Shown: positions 27,344 through 36,697 of the stretch, in pieces
Layout of the letters: each line of letters starts with the position of its first letter
Position numbering within the stretch: position 1 is the first letter of the stretch
DNA from: Bradyrhizobiaceae bacterium
GTDB lineage: Bacteria > Pseudomonadota > Alphaproteobacteria > Rhizobiales > Xanthobacteraceae
Length of the DNA: 64,000 bases
NCBI GenBank assembly: GCA_947481635.1
Contig: CANKHJ010000003.1
Coordinates: forward strand, 5,353-69,352
Direction: 5' to 3'
Made by a program: the position numbers and the translations under genes
The notes under the pieces: model-generated
Seen by the model: only the letters and a program-made list of their open reading frames with translations
The model's database searches: none
Told to the model about the DNA's origin: nothing

Positions 27344-28062
27344 ATGAGGAGGCCGTCACGCTCCACCACCGGCCGCTGCGCGGCGAAGTAGAGCGGCACG
27401 ATCGGAATGCTCTCGCGCAGGATGTACAGCCAGATATCCGCCTCGGTCCAATTGGACAGCGGGAACACACGCATGCTCTCGCCCTTGCGCTTGCGGCTGT
27501 TATAAAGCCGCCACGGCTCAAGGCGCTGCGCCTTGGGATCCCAGCGATGCGACGCGCTGCGCAGCGAGACAATGCGTTCCTTGGCGCGCGATTTCTCTTC
27601 GTCCCGCCGGGCACCACCGAATGCGGCGTCGAAGCCGAAGCGGTCGAGCGCCTGGCGCAGCGCGCGTGTCTTCATCACTTCGGTGTGGACTTCCGAACCA
27701 TGCGAGATCGGACCGATGCCGCGCGACAGGCCATCCGCATTGGTGTGAATCAGCAGGCGCAGGTCGAGCTCACGCGCGCGCTGATCGCGGAACGCGATCA
27801 TCTCGCGGAATTTCCAGGTCGTATCGACATGCAGCAGCGGAAACGGGATCTTGCCCGGATAGAACGCCTTCTGCGCCAGATGCAGCAGCACCGAGGAATC
27901 CTTGCCGATCGAATAGAGCAACACCGGATTCTCACTCTCGGCGACGATCTCGCGCATGATGTGAATGCTCTCGGCCTCGAGTTTGTCGAGATGCGAAAGG
28001 CGGCGCGATGCGGCAATGGGCGTGTCGGCGATAAGGGCGTTGGTCTGTATTTGGGTCAGCAC
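27338..28062 (-). pseudogene. cysD: Sulfate adenylyltransferase subunit 2 (CysD), 3'-truncated by a deletion into cysN
   Basis: [24 protein letters not shown] and [16 protein letters not shown] are canonical CysD. After ERDGLLIM the frame runs into unrelated sequence. The RFRTLGCYPLTGA motif is absent. Confidence 0.65.
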
Positions 28063-28076
28063 TGGGTATCGATCCT

Positions 28077-28805
28077 TCAGACCGTGATGCTGGGGCGGCG
28101 CGCCCGGCATGCAGGCCACATTCCTTCTTGGCTTCTTCTTCCCACCCAACAGCGCCCGGCGCGCTCCGGCTCGCCGACGCGCACCGCACGCGTACAGGGC
28201 GCGCAGCCGATGGAGGGGAAGCCGCGATCATGCAGCAGGTTGTAGGGAATGGAATTGTCGGCGACGAAGGCTGCGAGATCGATCCGCGTCCAGTCGACAA
28301 TCGGGTTGATCTTGGTGAGCGCATGCGGAGCATCATGCTCGGCGAATGGCATATCGCTGCGGCCGGCGGATTGCTCGGCACGCAGTCCGGTCACCCAGCC
28401 GCTTGCGCCCTGCAGTGTGCGGCCGAGCGGCACCACTTTGCGGACATTGCAGCAGGCCTTGCGCGCGTCGATCGAGGCGCGGAAACCGTCGATCCCCTGC
28501 CCGGCGACCAGATCCTCGACCTGGGCCCGTTCGGGATAGAATGCAGGGATGCGGGTCCCGTAGCGCTCCTCGGTCCGGCTACAGACGTCATAGGTCTCGG
28601 AAAACAGCCGGCCGGTATCGAGCGTCACGATCTCAATATCGAGCTTCCGGTCCAGAATGGCATGGGTGACCGCCTGGTCTTCGAGCCCGAAACTGGTGGT
28701 AAATACGATCCGGCCCGGAATTTCGCGCCGCGCCAGCGCCAAACGGTCGCCAAGCGACAGGGCGCCGAACGCACTACAAAGGCGCTGGACCTGGGCGTCG
28801 AGCAC
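28077..28805 (-). pseudogene. cysH: APS/PAPS reductase CysH with an apparent +1 frameshift near the C-terminus
   Basis: [13 protein letters not shown]...ERAGR is in frame. The expected WWWE...KECGLH follows as [13 protein letters not shown] in the adjacent frame, around 28141-28156. Confidence 0.6.
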
Positions 28806-29252
28806 GTCACGCTCTCCTGGCTCGCGTCAGGGTCGCTGGGCTGGAAAACACTCAGTCGATCCGATGCTTAGCCAGGAAACTAAGAAGGACGGGTGCGGCG
28901 TTCAAACGCATAGACTCGCAATTTTTGTGCGCGTGCGAAAACAATCGTTTGCGAATGGCCCACCGGATGGAACAGGCGTTTCGTTTGCCTTTTCCGGAGG
29001 CTGGACCGGCCAAATACGGCCCACGGGTTGAAAGATTCACGAAGATGGGCCATATACGTCCGCAGAGTGGATGATGACTCGTCGCTGAGTCTCAAACGGG
29101 CCGCGTGAACGAAGCCTCCTCAAAGGGGGATTTCGGCCCCAATCTGCTCACCGACCGGCAGCCCAGATCATGCGGGATGTCTACATCATCCGCGACATGC
29201 GCCGCCAGCTCAGAGAGCCTCGGTTCCGTATCGCCAGACAGAAAGCTTTTAT

Positions 29253-30689
29253 TTGACCTCGTTTCAAGGATTCGGCCTCGCCGAGCCTCTCGCTCGTGCG
29301 CTCGCCGAAGAAAACTACGTAACCCCCACCCCGATTCAGACCCAGACCATTCCGATCGCCATCGAAGGGCGCGACGTCATCGGTATCGCCCAGACCGGCA
29401 CCGGCAAGACCGCCGCTTTCGCTCTGCCGATCCTGCATCGGATCATGGCGAACCGCACACCGCTCGAGAAGAAGTCCTGCCGCGTGTTGGTGCTCAGCCC
29501 GACGCGCGAGCTTTCAGGCCAGATCCTCGAAAGCTTCCTGGCCTATGGCCGCCACGCTCGCATCAGCGCCACGCTCGCGATCGGCGGCGTGCCAATGGGC
29601 AAGCAGGTTCGCGCGTTGCAAAACGGCGTCGACATCCTGGTGGCGACACCGGGCCGGCTGCTCGACCTGGTGCGCGGCAATGCGCTGCGCCTCAACAAGG
29701 TCGACTTCCTGGTGCTCGACGAAGCCGACCGGATGCTCGACATGGGCTTCATCCATGACATCCGTCAGGTCGTCGCCAAGCTGCCGAAAGAACGCCAGAC
29801 CCTGTTCTTCTCCGCCACCATGCCGCAGGCAATCGCGGAATTGGCTGGCCAGATGCTGCGCAATCCCGCGTCGGTTTCGGTGACGCCGCAGGCCTCGACC
29901 GCCGAGCGCATCGTGCAGCGTGTCATTCATGTCGATCGCGGCGCCAAGCCCGCGATGCTGGTCGAACTGCTCAAGGGCGAGAGCGAGACCATGGACCGCG
30001 CGCTGATCTTCACCCGCACCAAGCACGGCGCCGACAAGGTCGTGAAGAGCCTGCTCAAGGCCGGCATCCCGGCCGAGGCGATCCACGGCAACAAGTCGCA
30101 GAACCAGCGTGAGCGCGTGCTCGCGGCGTTCCGTCAGGGCGCGATCCGCACCCTGATCGCCACCGACATCGCCGCACGCGGCATCGACGTCGACGGCATC
30201 TCGCATGTCGTCAATTTCGACCTGCCGAATATTCCGGAAAGCTACGTCCACCGCATCGGCCGCACCGCGCGCGCCGGGGCTGAGGGCGTCGCGATCTCGT
30301 TCTGCGATGCGGACGAGCGGGCGTTTCTGCGCGATATCGAAAAGCTGATCCGCGCGCAGATCCCGTCGACCGACCGGCGCACCGGCAACCCGCAGCCTGT
30401 GGCTGCCGAAGAGCATCACCGGCCGAGGCAACAGCAGAATCGCGGACGTCCGTCGCAGCAACAGCGCCGGCCACGTCCTGACGGAGCGCCGCGGCAACAG
30501 CGGCCTGATGGCGCACCACGCCAGCAGCAAGCTCAGCGGCCGCAACAGCGGCCCCAGGGTCAATCCGCGGGCACGACATCAAACGAGATTACCGGCGTCG
30601 CCTTCATGCAGCGCGGTGCACGCCGCGCGGACGATCGCCGTCCGCAGCGCGGAGAGAACGGGGAAACAGCATGGCGAAGGAAGAGCTGA
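29253..30689 (+). CDS. rhlE: DEAD-box ATP-dependent RNA helicase (RhlE-like) with an Arg/Gln/Pro-rich tail
   Basis: Motifs [24 protein letters not shown] and [10 protein letters not shown] are present. The start codon is TTG. Confidence 0.85.
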   Translation: MTSFQGFGLAEPLARALAEENYVTPTPIQTQTIPIAIEGRDVIGIAQTGTGKTAAFALPILHRIMANRTPLEKKSCRVLVLSPTRELSGQILESFLAYGRHARISATLAIGGVPMGKQVRALQNGVDILVATPGRLLDLVRGNALRLNKVDFLVLDEADRMLDMGFIHDIRQVVAKLPKERQTLFFSATMPQAIAELAGQMLRNPASVSVTPQASTAERIVQRVIHVDRGAKPAMLVELLKGESETMDRALIFTRTKHGADKVVKSLLKAGIPAEAIHGNKSQNQRERVLAAFRQGAIRTLIATDIAARGIDVDGISHVVNFDLPNIPESYVHRIGRTARAGAEGVAISFCDADERAFLRDIEKLIRAQIPSTDRRTGNPQPVAAEEHHRPRQQQNRGRPSQQQRRPRPDGAPRQQRPDGAPRQQQAQRPQQRPQGQSAGTTSNEITGVAFMQRGARRADDRRPQRGENGETAWRRKS

Positions 30690-30949
30690 TCGAACTGGAA
30701 GGCCTGGTCACGGAAATCCTGCCGGACGCACGTTATCGCGTGAAGCTGGATGCCGGGCATGAGATCGTCGCCTACACAGCGGGCAAGATGAAGAAGAACC
30801 GCATCAAGACGCTGGCGGGCGATCGGGTGACGGTCGAAATGTCACCTTACGATCTCGAAAAAGGGCGACTGATCTTCCGCCACAAGGACGAACGCGCGGC
30901 GTCCACCGCGCGCCGTGCCCCTCCCCGGCAGCAATTTCGGCGGCGTTGA
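30671..30949 (+). CDS. infA: Translation initiation factor IF-1 with a roughly 20-aa basic C-terminal extension
   Basis: [70 protein letters not shown] is a canonical S1-like IF1 sequence. Confidence 0.9.
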   Translation: MAKEELIELEGLVTEILPDARYRVKLDAGHEIVAYTAGKMKKNRIKTLAGDRVTVEMSPYDLEKGRLIFRHKDERAASTARRAPPRQQFRRR

Positions 30950-31010
30950 CCGCCGAAACCTGTGCTAAGCTGCGCGCAATCAAGCGCCGACCTGCCGAAA
31001 GGGCAACCGC

Positions 31011-31241
31011 ATGCGCATCTTCATGTTCAAGTCCGCAGCTAAAAACGATCTGCGTGCGTTTGCCGGTGACTCCGCGGGCAGCAAGCTGCCGCAGAAGCAC
31101 GGTCCATGGCATGCAACCGGCGTGATCCGTCCCGAGAAGGAACCGCCGCATGGTCTTTCGCGCTCGTCGGTCGAGAAGGCGATCGAGAATGACGGCTTTC
31201 AGCTCTATCGCGTGAAAACGAAAAGCAAGGTCGACGCCTAG
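31011..31241 (+). CDS. Small conserved hypothetical protein (76 aa)
   Basis: It is a clean ORF between infA and a strong terminator. The sequence type (MRIFMFKS...GPWHATGVIRPEKEPP) is familiar from Rhizobiales hypotheticals. Confidence 0.5.
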   Translation: MRIFMFKSAAKNDLRAFAGDSAGSKLPQKHGPWHATGVIRPEKEPPHGLSRSSVEKAIENDGFQLYRVKTKSKVDA

Positions 31242-31269
31242 CCTCATCGCCCGTTTCGATTTCAAAATC

Positions 31270-31305
31270 AAAAAAGCCCGCCGAGCGATCGGCGGGCTTT
31301 TCGTA
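31270..31305. terminator. Bidirectional rho-independent terminator
   Basis: AAAAA, stem GCCCGCC, loop gagcgatc, stem GGCGGGC, then TTTT. It lies between convergent genes. Confidence 0.75.
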
Positions 31306-31331
31306 TTTTCAAATCGAGAGCGTCGCGACGA

Positions 31332-31541
31332 TCAGACCGACTTGAGCTGATCGGCCGAGCTCTTGCCGCTGCGACGGTCTTCGGTGATTTCGTAGGAAAT
31401 CTTCTGACCTTCGTGCAGGGTCGACAGGCCGGCGCGCTCGACGGCGCTGATATGAACGAACACGTCCTTGCCGCCGTCATCAGGTTGGATGAATCCAAAA
31501 CCCTTCTGACCATTAAACCACTTCACTGTTCCGGTGCTCAT
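31332..31541 (-). CDS. cspA: Cold-shock protein, CspA family
   Basis: [31 protein letters not shown] carries the RNP1 and RNP2 motifs. Confidence 0.9.
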   Translation of the reverse strand: MSTGTVKWFNGQKGFGFIQPDDGGKDVFVHISAVERAGLSTLHEGQKISYEITEDRRSGKSSADQLKSV

Positions 31542-31772
31542 AGAAGTCCTTTCGACTGACGAGCGTTAGGCAAGCCTCATCTTTCAGGAATGAGGCGGCT
31601 TTCGATGTTCAGGTAGAGCGCGTCAGTCAGCCTCAGGATAAGTCCGGTGGCATGGCCAAATCGTCCGGCCGAAACTTCGAGAGTCCTACATAGTCCCGAA
31701 CCGCTTTTCGCACAAGCTGACGCGGTCACGCGGGATGCAAGCGTCAATGGCGACAGCATGATTTACGTGAGG

Positions 31773-32606
31773 CTACAGCATCTCCAGCGGACGCGACCGC
31801 GTCGGAGGCGGAAACGCCGCGTCGAGCTCTGCGTTATCCGCCGCCGTGAGTTGCAGATCGAGCGCGGCAAGATTGTCGCGGACGTGAGCCGGGTTCGACG
31901 CTTTCGGAATCGCAACCACGCCGTCCTGCTGCATCACCCAGGCGAGCGCGACCTGCGCGGGCGTGACGCCGTGACGATCCGCGATCATACGCAATTCGCG
32001 CCGACCGAGAATGCGCCCCTGCTCGATCGGCGAATAGGCCGTGATCGGGACATGCCGCTTGCGGGACCACGGCAACAGGTCGAATTCGATGCCGCGTCGC
32101 GTCAGGCTGTAGAGCACCTGGTTGGTGGCGCAGGCTTTTCCCTCACGCAGGTCGGACAGTTCCGCCATGTCCGAGATATCGAAATTGCTGACGCCCCAGT
32201 GAGCGATCTTGCCGGCCTGCACCAGCGTGCCGAATGCTTCGACGGTCTCGTCGAGCGGAATGTCGCCCCGCCAATGCAGCAGATAGAGATCGATGCGATC
32301 GGTCTTCAGGTGACGCAGGCTGCGCTCGCAGGCGGCGATCGTGCCTTTGCGCGACGCGTTCTGCGGCAGCACCTTGCTGACCAGGAATATCTCGTCGCGA
32401 CGGCCGGCCATGGCTTCCCCGACGATCACCTCCGCACCGCCATTGCCATACATCTCGGCGGTATCGATCATGGTCATGCCGAGTTCGATGCCGAGCCGTA
32501 AAGCCGCGACCTCCTCGTCGCGCCGCCGTTTGTCTTCACCCATGCGCCAGGTGCCCTGTCCGAGCACCGGCATCTCTCCGCCCGACGGCAGCGCGACGCT
32601 CCGCAT
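31773..32606 (-). CDS. Aldo/keto reductase
   Basis: Motifs MPVLGQGTW, IDTAEMYGNG, LYLLHW and GVSNF are present. The start is the internal ATG of the 441-aa ORF. Confidence 0.85.
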   Translation of the reverse strand: MRSVALPSGGEMPVLGQGTWRMGEDKRRRDEEVAALRLGIELGMTMIDTAEMYGNGGAEVIVGEAMAGRRDEIFLVSKVLPQNASRKGTIAACERSLRHLKTDRIDLYLLHWRGDIPLDETVEAFGTLVQAGKIAHWGVSNFDISDMAELSDLREGKACATNQVLYSLTRRGIEFDLLPWSRKRHVPITAYSPIEQGRILGRRELRMIADRHGVTPAQVALAWVMQQDGVVAIPKASNPAHVRDNLAALDLQLTAADNAELDAAFPPPTRSRPLEML

Positions 32607-32608
32607 GG

Positions 32609-33382
32609 TCAGCGCCCCTTGAACACCGGTTTGCGCTTTTCGACGAATGCGGCCTGCGCCTCGCGCGCATCCTCGGTATGCGACAGCGCGACCGTGATGC
32701 CCTGCTCGAAACGATAAGCATCGCGGCGCGGCATTTCCGCGATCGTGTTGAAGGCGCGCTTGGCCTCGCGCATCGCGACCGGGCTCTTGGCCGCAATGAT
32801 GCGCGCCATATCGAGCGCCGCCGGGAGCAATTGATTGCGCGGCAGGCAGGCCTCGATCACGCCGCGGCGGTAGAATTCCTCGGCCGGAACGCGGCGGCCG
32901 GTGAAATACATACCGCGCGCGAACGAGCGCCCGAGATACTGCGTGATAAAGGCGCCGCCACCGGCAAGGCCCACGTCGATTTCCGGCATCGAGAAGAAGG
33001 CGTCCTCGGCGGCGAGGATGATATCGCAGGACAGGATCAGCGCGAGACCCGCGCCCATTGCTGGACCATTGGCAGCGGCGATTACAGGCTTGGTGCAATC
33101 GGTAACGGCGTAGAAGAACTCGCGGGTCAGGCGGTTGTGGCGGATATAGTCGCCGGGCTCCTTGGCGATGCCCTGCCGCTCCTTGATGTCCGCACCGGCC
33201 GAAAACATCTTGCCGGCGCCGGTGAGCACCACGACACGCACGTCGTCGGTGTCGCTCAACATGTCGAAGACCTGGATCAGTTCTTCGCGCGACTGCCGGT
33301 TCATGGCGTTGACCGGGGGACGGTCAAACGTGACCGTGGCGACGCCTTCGGTCACCGCTACCTTATATTGCTCGAAGTCCAT
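32609..33382 (-). CDS. Enoyl-CoA hydratase/isomerase
   Basis: Motifs VVVLTGAGKMFSAGADI and ANGPAMGAGLAL are present. The stop abuts the AKR start. Confidence 0.85.
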   Translation of the reverse strand: MDFEQYKVAVTEGVATVTFDRPPVNAMNRQSREELIQVFDMLSDTDDVRVVVLTGAGKMFSAGADIKERQGIAKEPGDYIRHNRLTREFFYAVTDCTKPVIAAANGPAMGAGLALILSCDIILAAEDAFFSMPEIDVGLAGGGAFITQYLGRSFARGMYFTGRRVPAEEFYRRGVIEACLPRNQLLPAALDMARIIAAKSPVAMREAKRAFNTIAEMPRRDAYRFEQGITVALSHTEDAREAQAAFVEKRKPVFKGR

Positions 33383-33490
33383 CGCGGTTCCTTTCGTGGC
33401 GGGCGCCCGCCGGCGCGGCGAGATACCCCATTTCATATCGTGCAATCACCTGCGAAACTACCGTGCGCAGGCAGTCGCGACCGGAGCACC

Positions 33491-34363
33491 ATGAAGGCGT
33501 CCATTGGCGACATCGAAATCACCTGTATCGAGGAACTCGTGGTCCCCGAGGCGACGACGCTGTTCGCACAGTGGAATGACGATGTCCTGGCGCAGCATCG
33601 CGACCTGCTGGTGCCGCACTGCTTCGACCCCGCGCAGAACGCCTTCCTCGCAAGCATCCGAAGCTATCTGGTCAAGACGCCGAACCGGACGATTCTGGTC
33701 GACACCGGCGCCGGCAATAACAAGCCGCGCCCTGGGTCGATGCGCTTCGACAACCTCGACACCGATTATATCGCCCGGCTCGCGACCACCGGCGTGAGCC
33801 CGGATCAGGTCGACATGGTGATCTGCACCCACCTCCATGTCGACCATGTCGGCTGGAACACCCGCCTGGTCAACGACCGCTGGGTGCCGACTTTCCGGAA
33901 CGCCACCTATGTCTTCCCGCGTATCGAAGTCGACTGGCGCGATCCTGTCCTGGGCGCGGCCGACAGGCCGCCGGCAACGCAGCTTCCGTTCAAGGACAGC
34001 GTGAAGCCGATCATCGATTCCGGAATGGCTAGGCTGGTTGAAGGCGACGAGCAGTTGATCGAGGGGGTCGACCTGATGCCGGTGCCCGGTCATGCGCCGG
34101 GCCAGATGGCGGTGCGACTGCGCTCGCAAGGCAAAGAAGCGCTGATGATCGCGGACGTGATGCATCAGCCGATCCAGGTCCATTACCCGAGCTGGAATTC
34201 CAAATATTGCGAGGATCCGGTCATCGCCACCCAGACCCGGCGCCGGGTGCTGGACCATTGCGCCGACCACGGAAGCCTGATGCTTCCGACCCATTTCAAC
34301 TTTCCGCTCGGCGGATACGTGACGCGCAGCCCAGGCGGCTTCACCTTCACGCCGCATATGTAA
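33491..34363 (+). CDS. MBL-fold metallo-hydrolase (lactonase-like)
   Basis: The motif ICTHLHVDHVGWN (HxHxDH) is present. Confidence 0.75.
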   Translation: MKASIGDIEITCIEELVVPEATTLFAQWNDDVLAQHRDLLVPHCFDPAQNAFLASIRSYLVKTPNRTILVDTGAGNNKPRPGSMRFDNLDTDYIARLATTGVSPDQVDMVICTHLHVDHVGWNTRLVNDRWVPTFRNATYVFPRIEVDWRDPVLGAADRPPATQLPFKDSVKPIIDSGMARLVEGDEQLIEGVDLMPVPGHAPGQMAVRLRSQGKEALMIADVMHQPIQVHYPSWNSKYCEDPVIATQTRRRVLDHCADHGSLMLPTHFNFPLGGYVTRSPGGFTFTPHM

Positions 34364-34404
34364 CGCCACCGCCCCTCCCTTGAGGGAGGGGCGAGAGCAA
34401 GACA

Positions 34405-35370
34405 TCAATTCGCGCGCATCCCGGCGGCGTCGATCAGCTGCAGCATCCGCTTGGCGTCGCTCTGGACATAGGCGGCATAGGCGTCCGGTCCCTTGTAGAA
34501 CATCTCAGCGCCGGCCTTGACGAGCTTCTCTTTCGCGCCCGGCGTTTTCAGCGCCTGGTCGATCGCGGCGTTCAGCTTGTCGACGATCGCACGCGGGGTC
34601 CCCGCCGGCGCCGAGATGCCGTACCAGGTGCTGATCTCGAAATCCGGATAGCCGAGTTCGGTCATGGTCGGCAGGTTCGGCAGCGCGTCAGAGCGCACCT
34701 CGTTGGCGATCGCCAGCGCGCGAACCGTGCCGGCCTGGATATGCGGCAGCAGCGGCGGCAGGTTGAGGAAGCCGAGGTCGATGCGGCCGGCAAGGATGTC
34801 GGTCGAGGCCGGCGCCGCGCCGCCATAGGGCACATGGATCAGCTTGAGGTCGCCGACCTGTTGCAGCTTCAGCCCGAGCAGTTGCGGCAGACTACCCTGC
34901 CCGACCGAGGCGAAATTCATCGCGCCATTCGCGGCCTTGGCCGCGGCGATCAGTTCCTTGACGGTCTGATAGGGCCGGTCCTTCGGCACCACCAGCACGT
35001 TCGGCACGTTGCCGACGGTCGCGATGAAGACGAAATCCTTGATGCCGTCGAACTTCGCGTCCTTGGTGATCGCGGGCGCAATGACATGCGTCGGCGAGCC
35101 GGCGATCAGCAATGTGTAGCCGTCCGGCTCCGCACGCGCCACGAAGGCCCCGGCGATGACGGTGCCGGCGCCGACCTTGTTCTCGACCACCACCGGCTGC
35201 CCGAGCGATGCGGCCATGCCTTCCGCGACGGTGCGCGCCAGCAGATCGGCCGGACCGCCGGCAGCGTAGGGATTGACCAGCGTGATCGCACGCGTCGGGT
35301 AATTCTGCGCGGCGGCGCCCCCCGCGAATGACATGGACGCAAGTGCGATCGCGACAACCAGACGCTTCAT
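34405..35370 (-). CDS. Bug-family (TctC-like) substrate-binding protein
   Basis: A signal peptide is followed by AQNYPTRAITLVNPYAAGGPADLLAR and EPDGYTL. Confidence 0.85.
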   Translation of the reverse strand: MKRLVVAIALASMSFAGGAAAQNYPTRAITLVNPYAAGGPADLLARTVAEGMAASLGQPVVVENKVGAGTVIAGAFVARAEPDGYTLLIAGSPTHVIAPAITKDAKFDGIKDFVFIATVGNVPNVLVVPKDRPYQTVKELIAAAKAANGAMNFASVGQGSLPQLLGLKLQQVGDLKLIHVPYGGAAPASTDILAGRIDLGFLNLPPLLPHIQAGTVRALAIANEVRSDALPNLPTMTELGYPDFEISTWYGISAPAGTPRAIVDKLNAAIDQALKTPGAKEKLVKAGAEMFYKGPDAYAAYVQSDAKRMLQLIDAAGMRAN

Positions 35371-35470
35371 TGTTTCCTCCCTGACACGGCAAATATGCGC
35401 CACGCGCATTTGACGGATTTGATGAAATGGACAATAGGCTAGATGAGTGACCCTTTGCAACGAGGGGGCA

Positions 35471-36517
35471 ATGATAGGACCAACAAACGTGCTGCTGCCA
35501 ACAACCCTGGTCGGAAGCTATCCCCAGCCGGACTGGCTGATCGATCGCAAACGTCTCGTCGAAATCGTGCCGCCGCGGGCCCGCGCCCGTGAGTTGTGGC
35601 GCATGGAGGGCCCCCTGCTCGAACAGGCGCAGGACGACGCCACTATTCTCGCGATCCGTGACCAGGAGCGCGCCGGCATCGACGTCGTGACCGACGGCGA
35701 GGTCCGCCGCGAAAGCTATTCCAACCGTTTCGCGACCGCGCTGGCCGGCATGGACAGCGACAACCCCGCGGAGGTGCCGTCGCGCACGCCGGGCCGCGTC
35801 CAGATCGTCCCGCGCGTGGTCGGGCCGCTCAAACGCACCGCCCCGGTGCAGGTGCGCGACGTCGAATTCCTGCGCGCCCAGACCGACCGGCCGATCCGGA
35901 TCACGATCCCCGGCCCGTTCACGATGACGCAGCAATTATTCGACGAATACTACAAGGACGAGACCGCGCTCGCGATGGACTGCGCGGCGGCGTTGAACGA
36001 GGAGATCAAGGCGCTGTTCGCCGCCGGCGCGGACGTGGTGCAGCTCGACGAGCCGTTTCTCCAGGCGCAGCCGGAAAAGGGGCGACAATTCGGGCTGGCC
36101 GCGATCAACCGCGCGGTCGAAGGCGTCACCGGCACCACGGCGCTGCATCTGTGTTTCGGCTACGCCGCCCGCGTCTCGGTCAAGCCGTCCGGCTATTCAT
36201 TCCTGCCCGAGCTCGAGGGCTGCAAGGTCGACCAGATTTCGGTGGAAACCGCCCAGCCCAAGCTCGACTGCGCGGTGCTGGCGGCACTGCCGAGCAAACA
36301 CATCATCATCGGCGTGCTCGACCTCGGCGATCCTGTGGTGGAAACGCCGCAGATGGTGGCAGAACGGATTCGCCGCGCGCTGCCTTATGTTTCAGCAGAC
36401 CGGATCATTCTCGCGCCGGATTGCGGAATGAAATACATGCCGCGCGAGATCGCATTCGGGAAGCTGAAGGCGATGGTGGATGGCGCTGCGATCGTGCGGC
36501 ACGAAATCGGCGGCTGA
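35471..36517 (+). CDS. MetE C-terminal-domain-like Zn protein (methionine synthase II-type)
   Basis: Motifs TTLVGSYPQPDWL, VVTDGEVRRESY, LHLCFGY and APDCGMKY are present. GAGGGGG lies just upstream of the ATG at 35471 (the ORF track starts at 35447). Confidence 0.75.
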   Translation: MIGPTNVLLPTTLVGSYPQPDWLIDRKRLVEIVPPRARARELWRMEGPLLEQAQDDATILAIRDQERAGIDVVTDGEVRRESYSNRFATALAGMDSDNPAEVPSRTPGRVQIVPRVVGPLKRTAPVQVRDVEFLRAQTDRPIRITIPGPFTMTQQLFDEYYKDETALAMDCAAALNEEIKALFAAGADVVQLDEPFLQAQPEKGRQFGLAAINRAVEGVTGTTALHLCFGYAARVSVKPSGYSFLPELEGCKVDQISVETAQPKLDCAVLAALPSKHIIIGVLDLGDPVVETPQMVAERIRRALPYVSADRIILAPDCGMKYMPREIAFGKLKAMVDGAAIVRHEIGG

Positions 36518-36697
36518 AACGTACGGTTGCAGACACAAATTCGTTGCCGGGCCAGCAGCTTCGCCGTCAAAGTCGGGGTTTCCATTCTCGACACCATTCG
36601 CCCCAGCGTGCGGACATCGTGACGCGCCTTACTGGACGGTCGTGGCACGCTAGTTGCTTTTTCCTTCAGCAGATATTGCTCAAGGAAGGAACGCAGC

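Noticed and set aside
28806-29252. Small ORFs (62-124 aa) in the 447-bp cysH / rhlE divergent spacer
   Set aside because: They have no RBS, mutually overlapping frames and lower-GC non-coding character. The region is more likely promoters and the rhlE leader.
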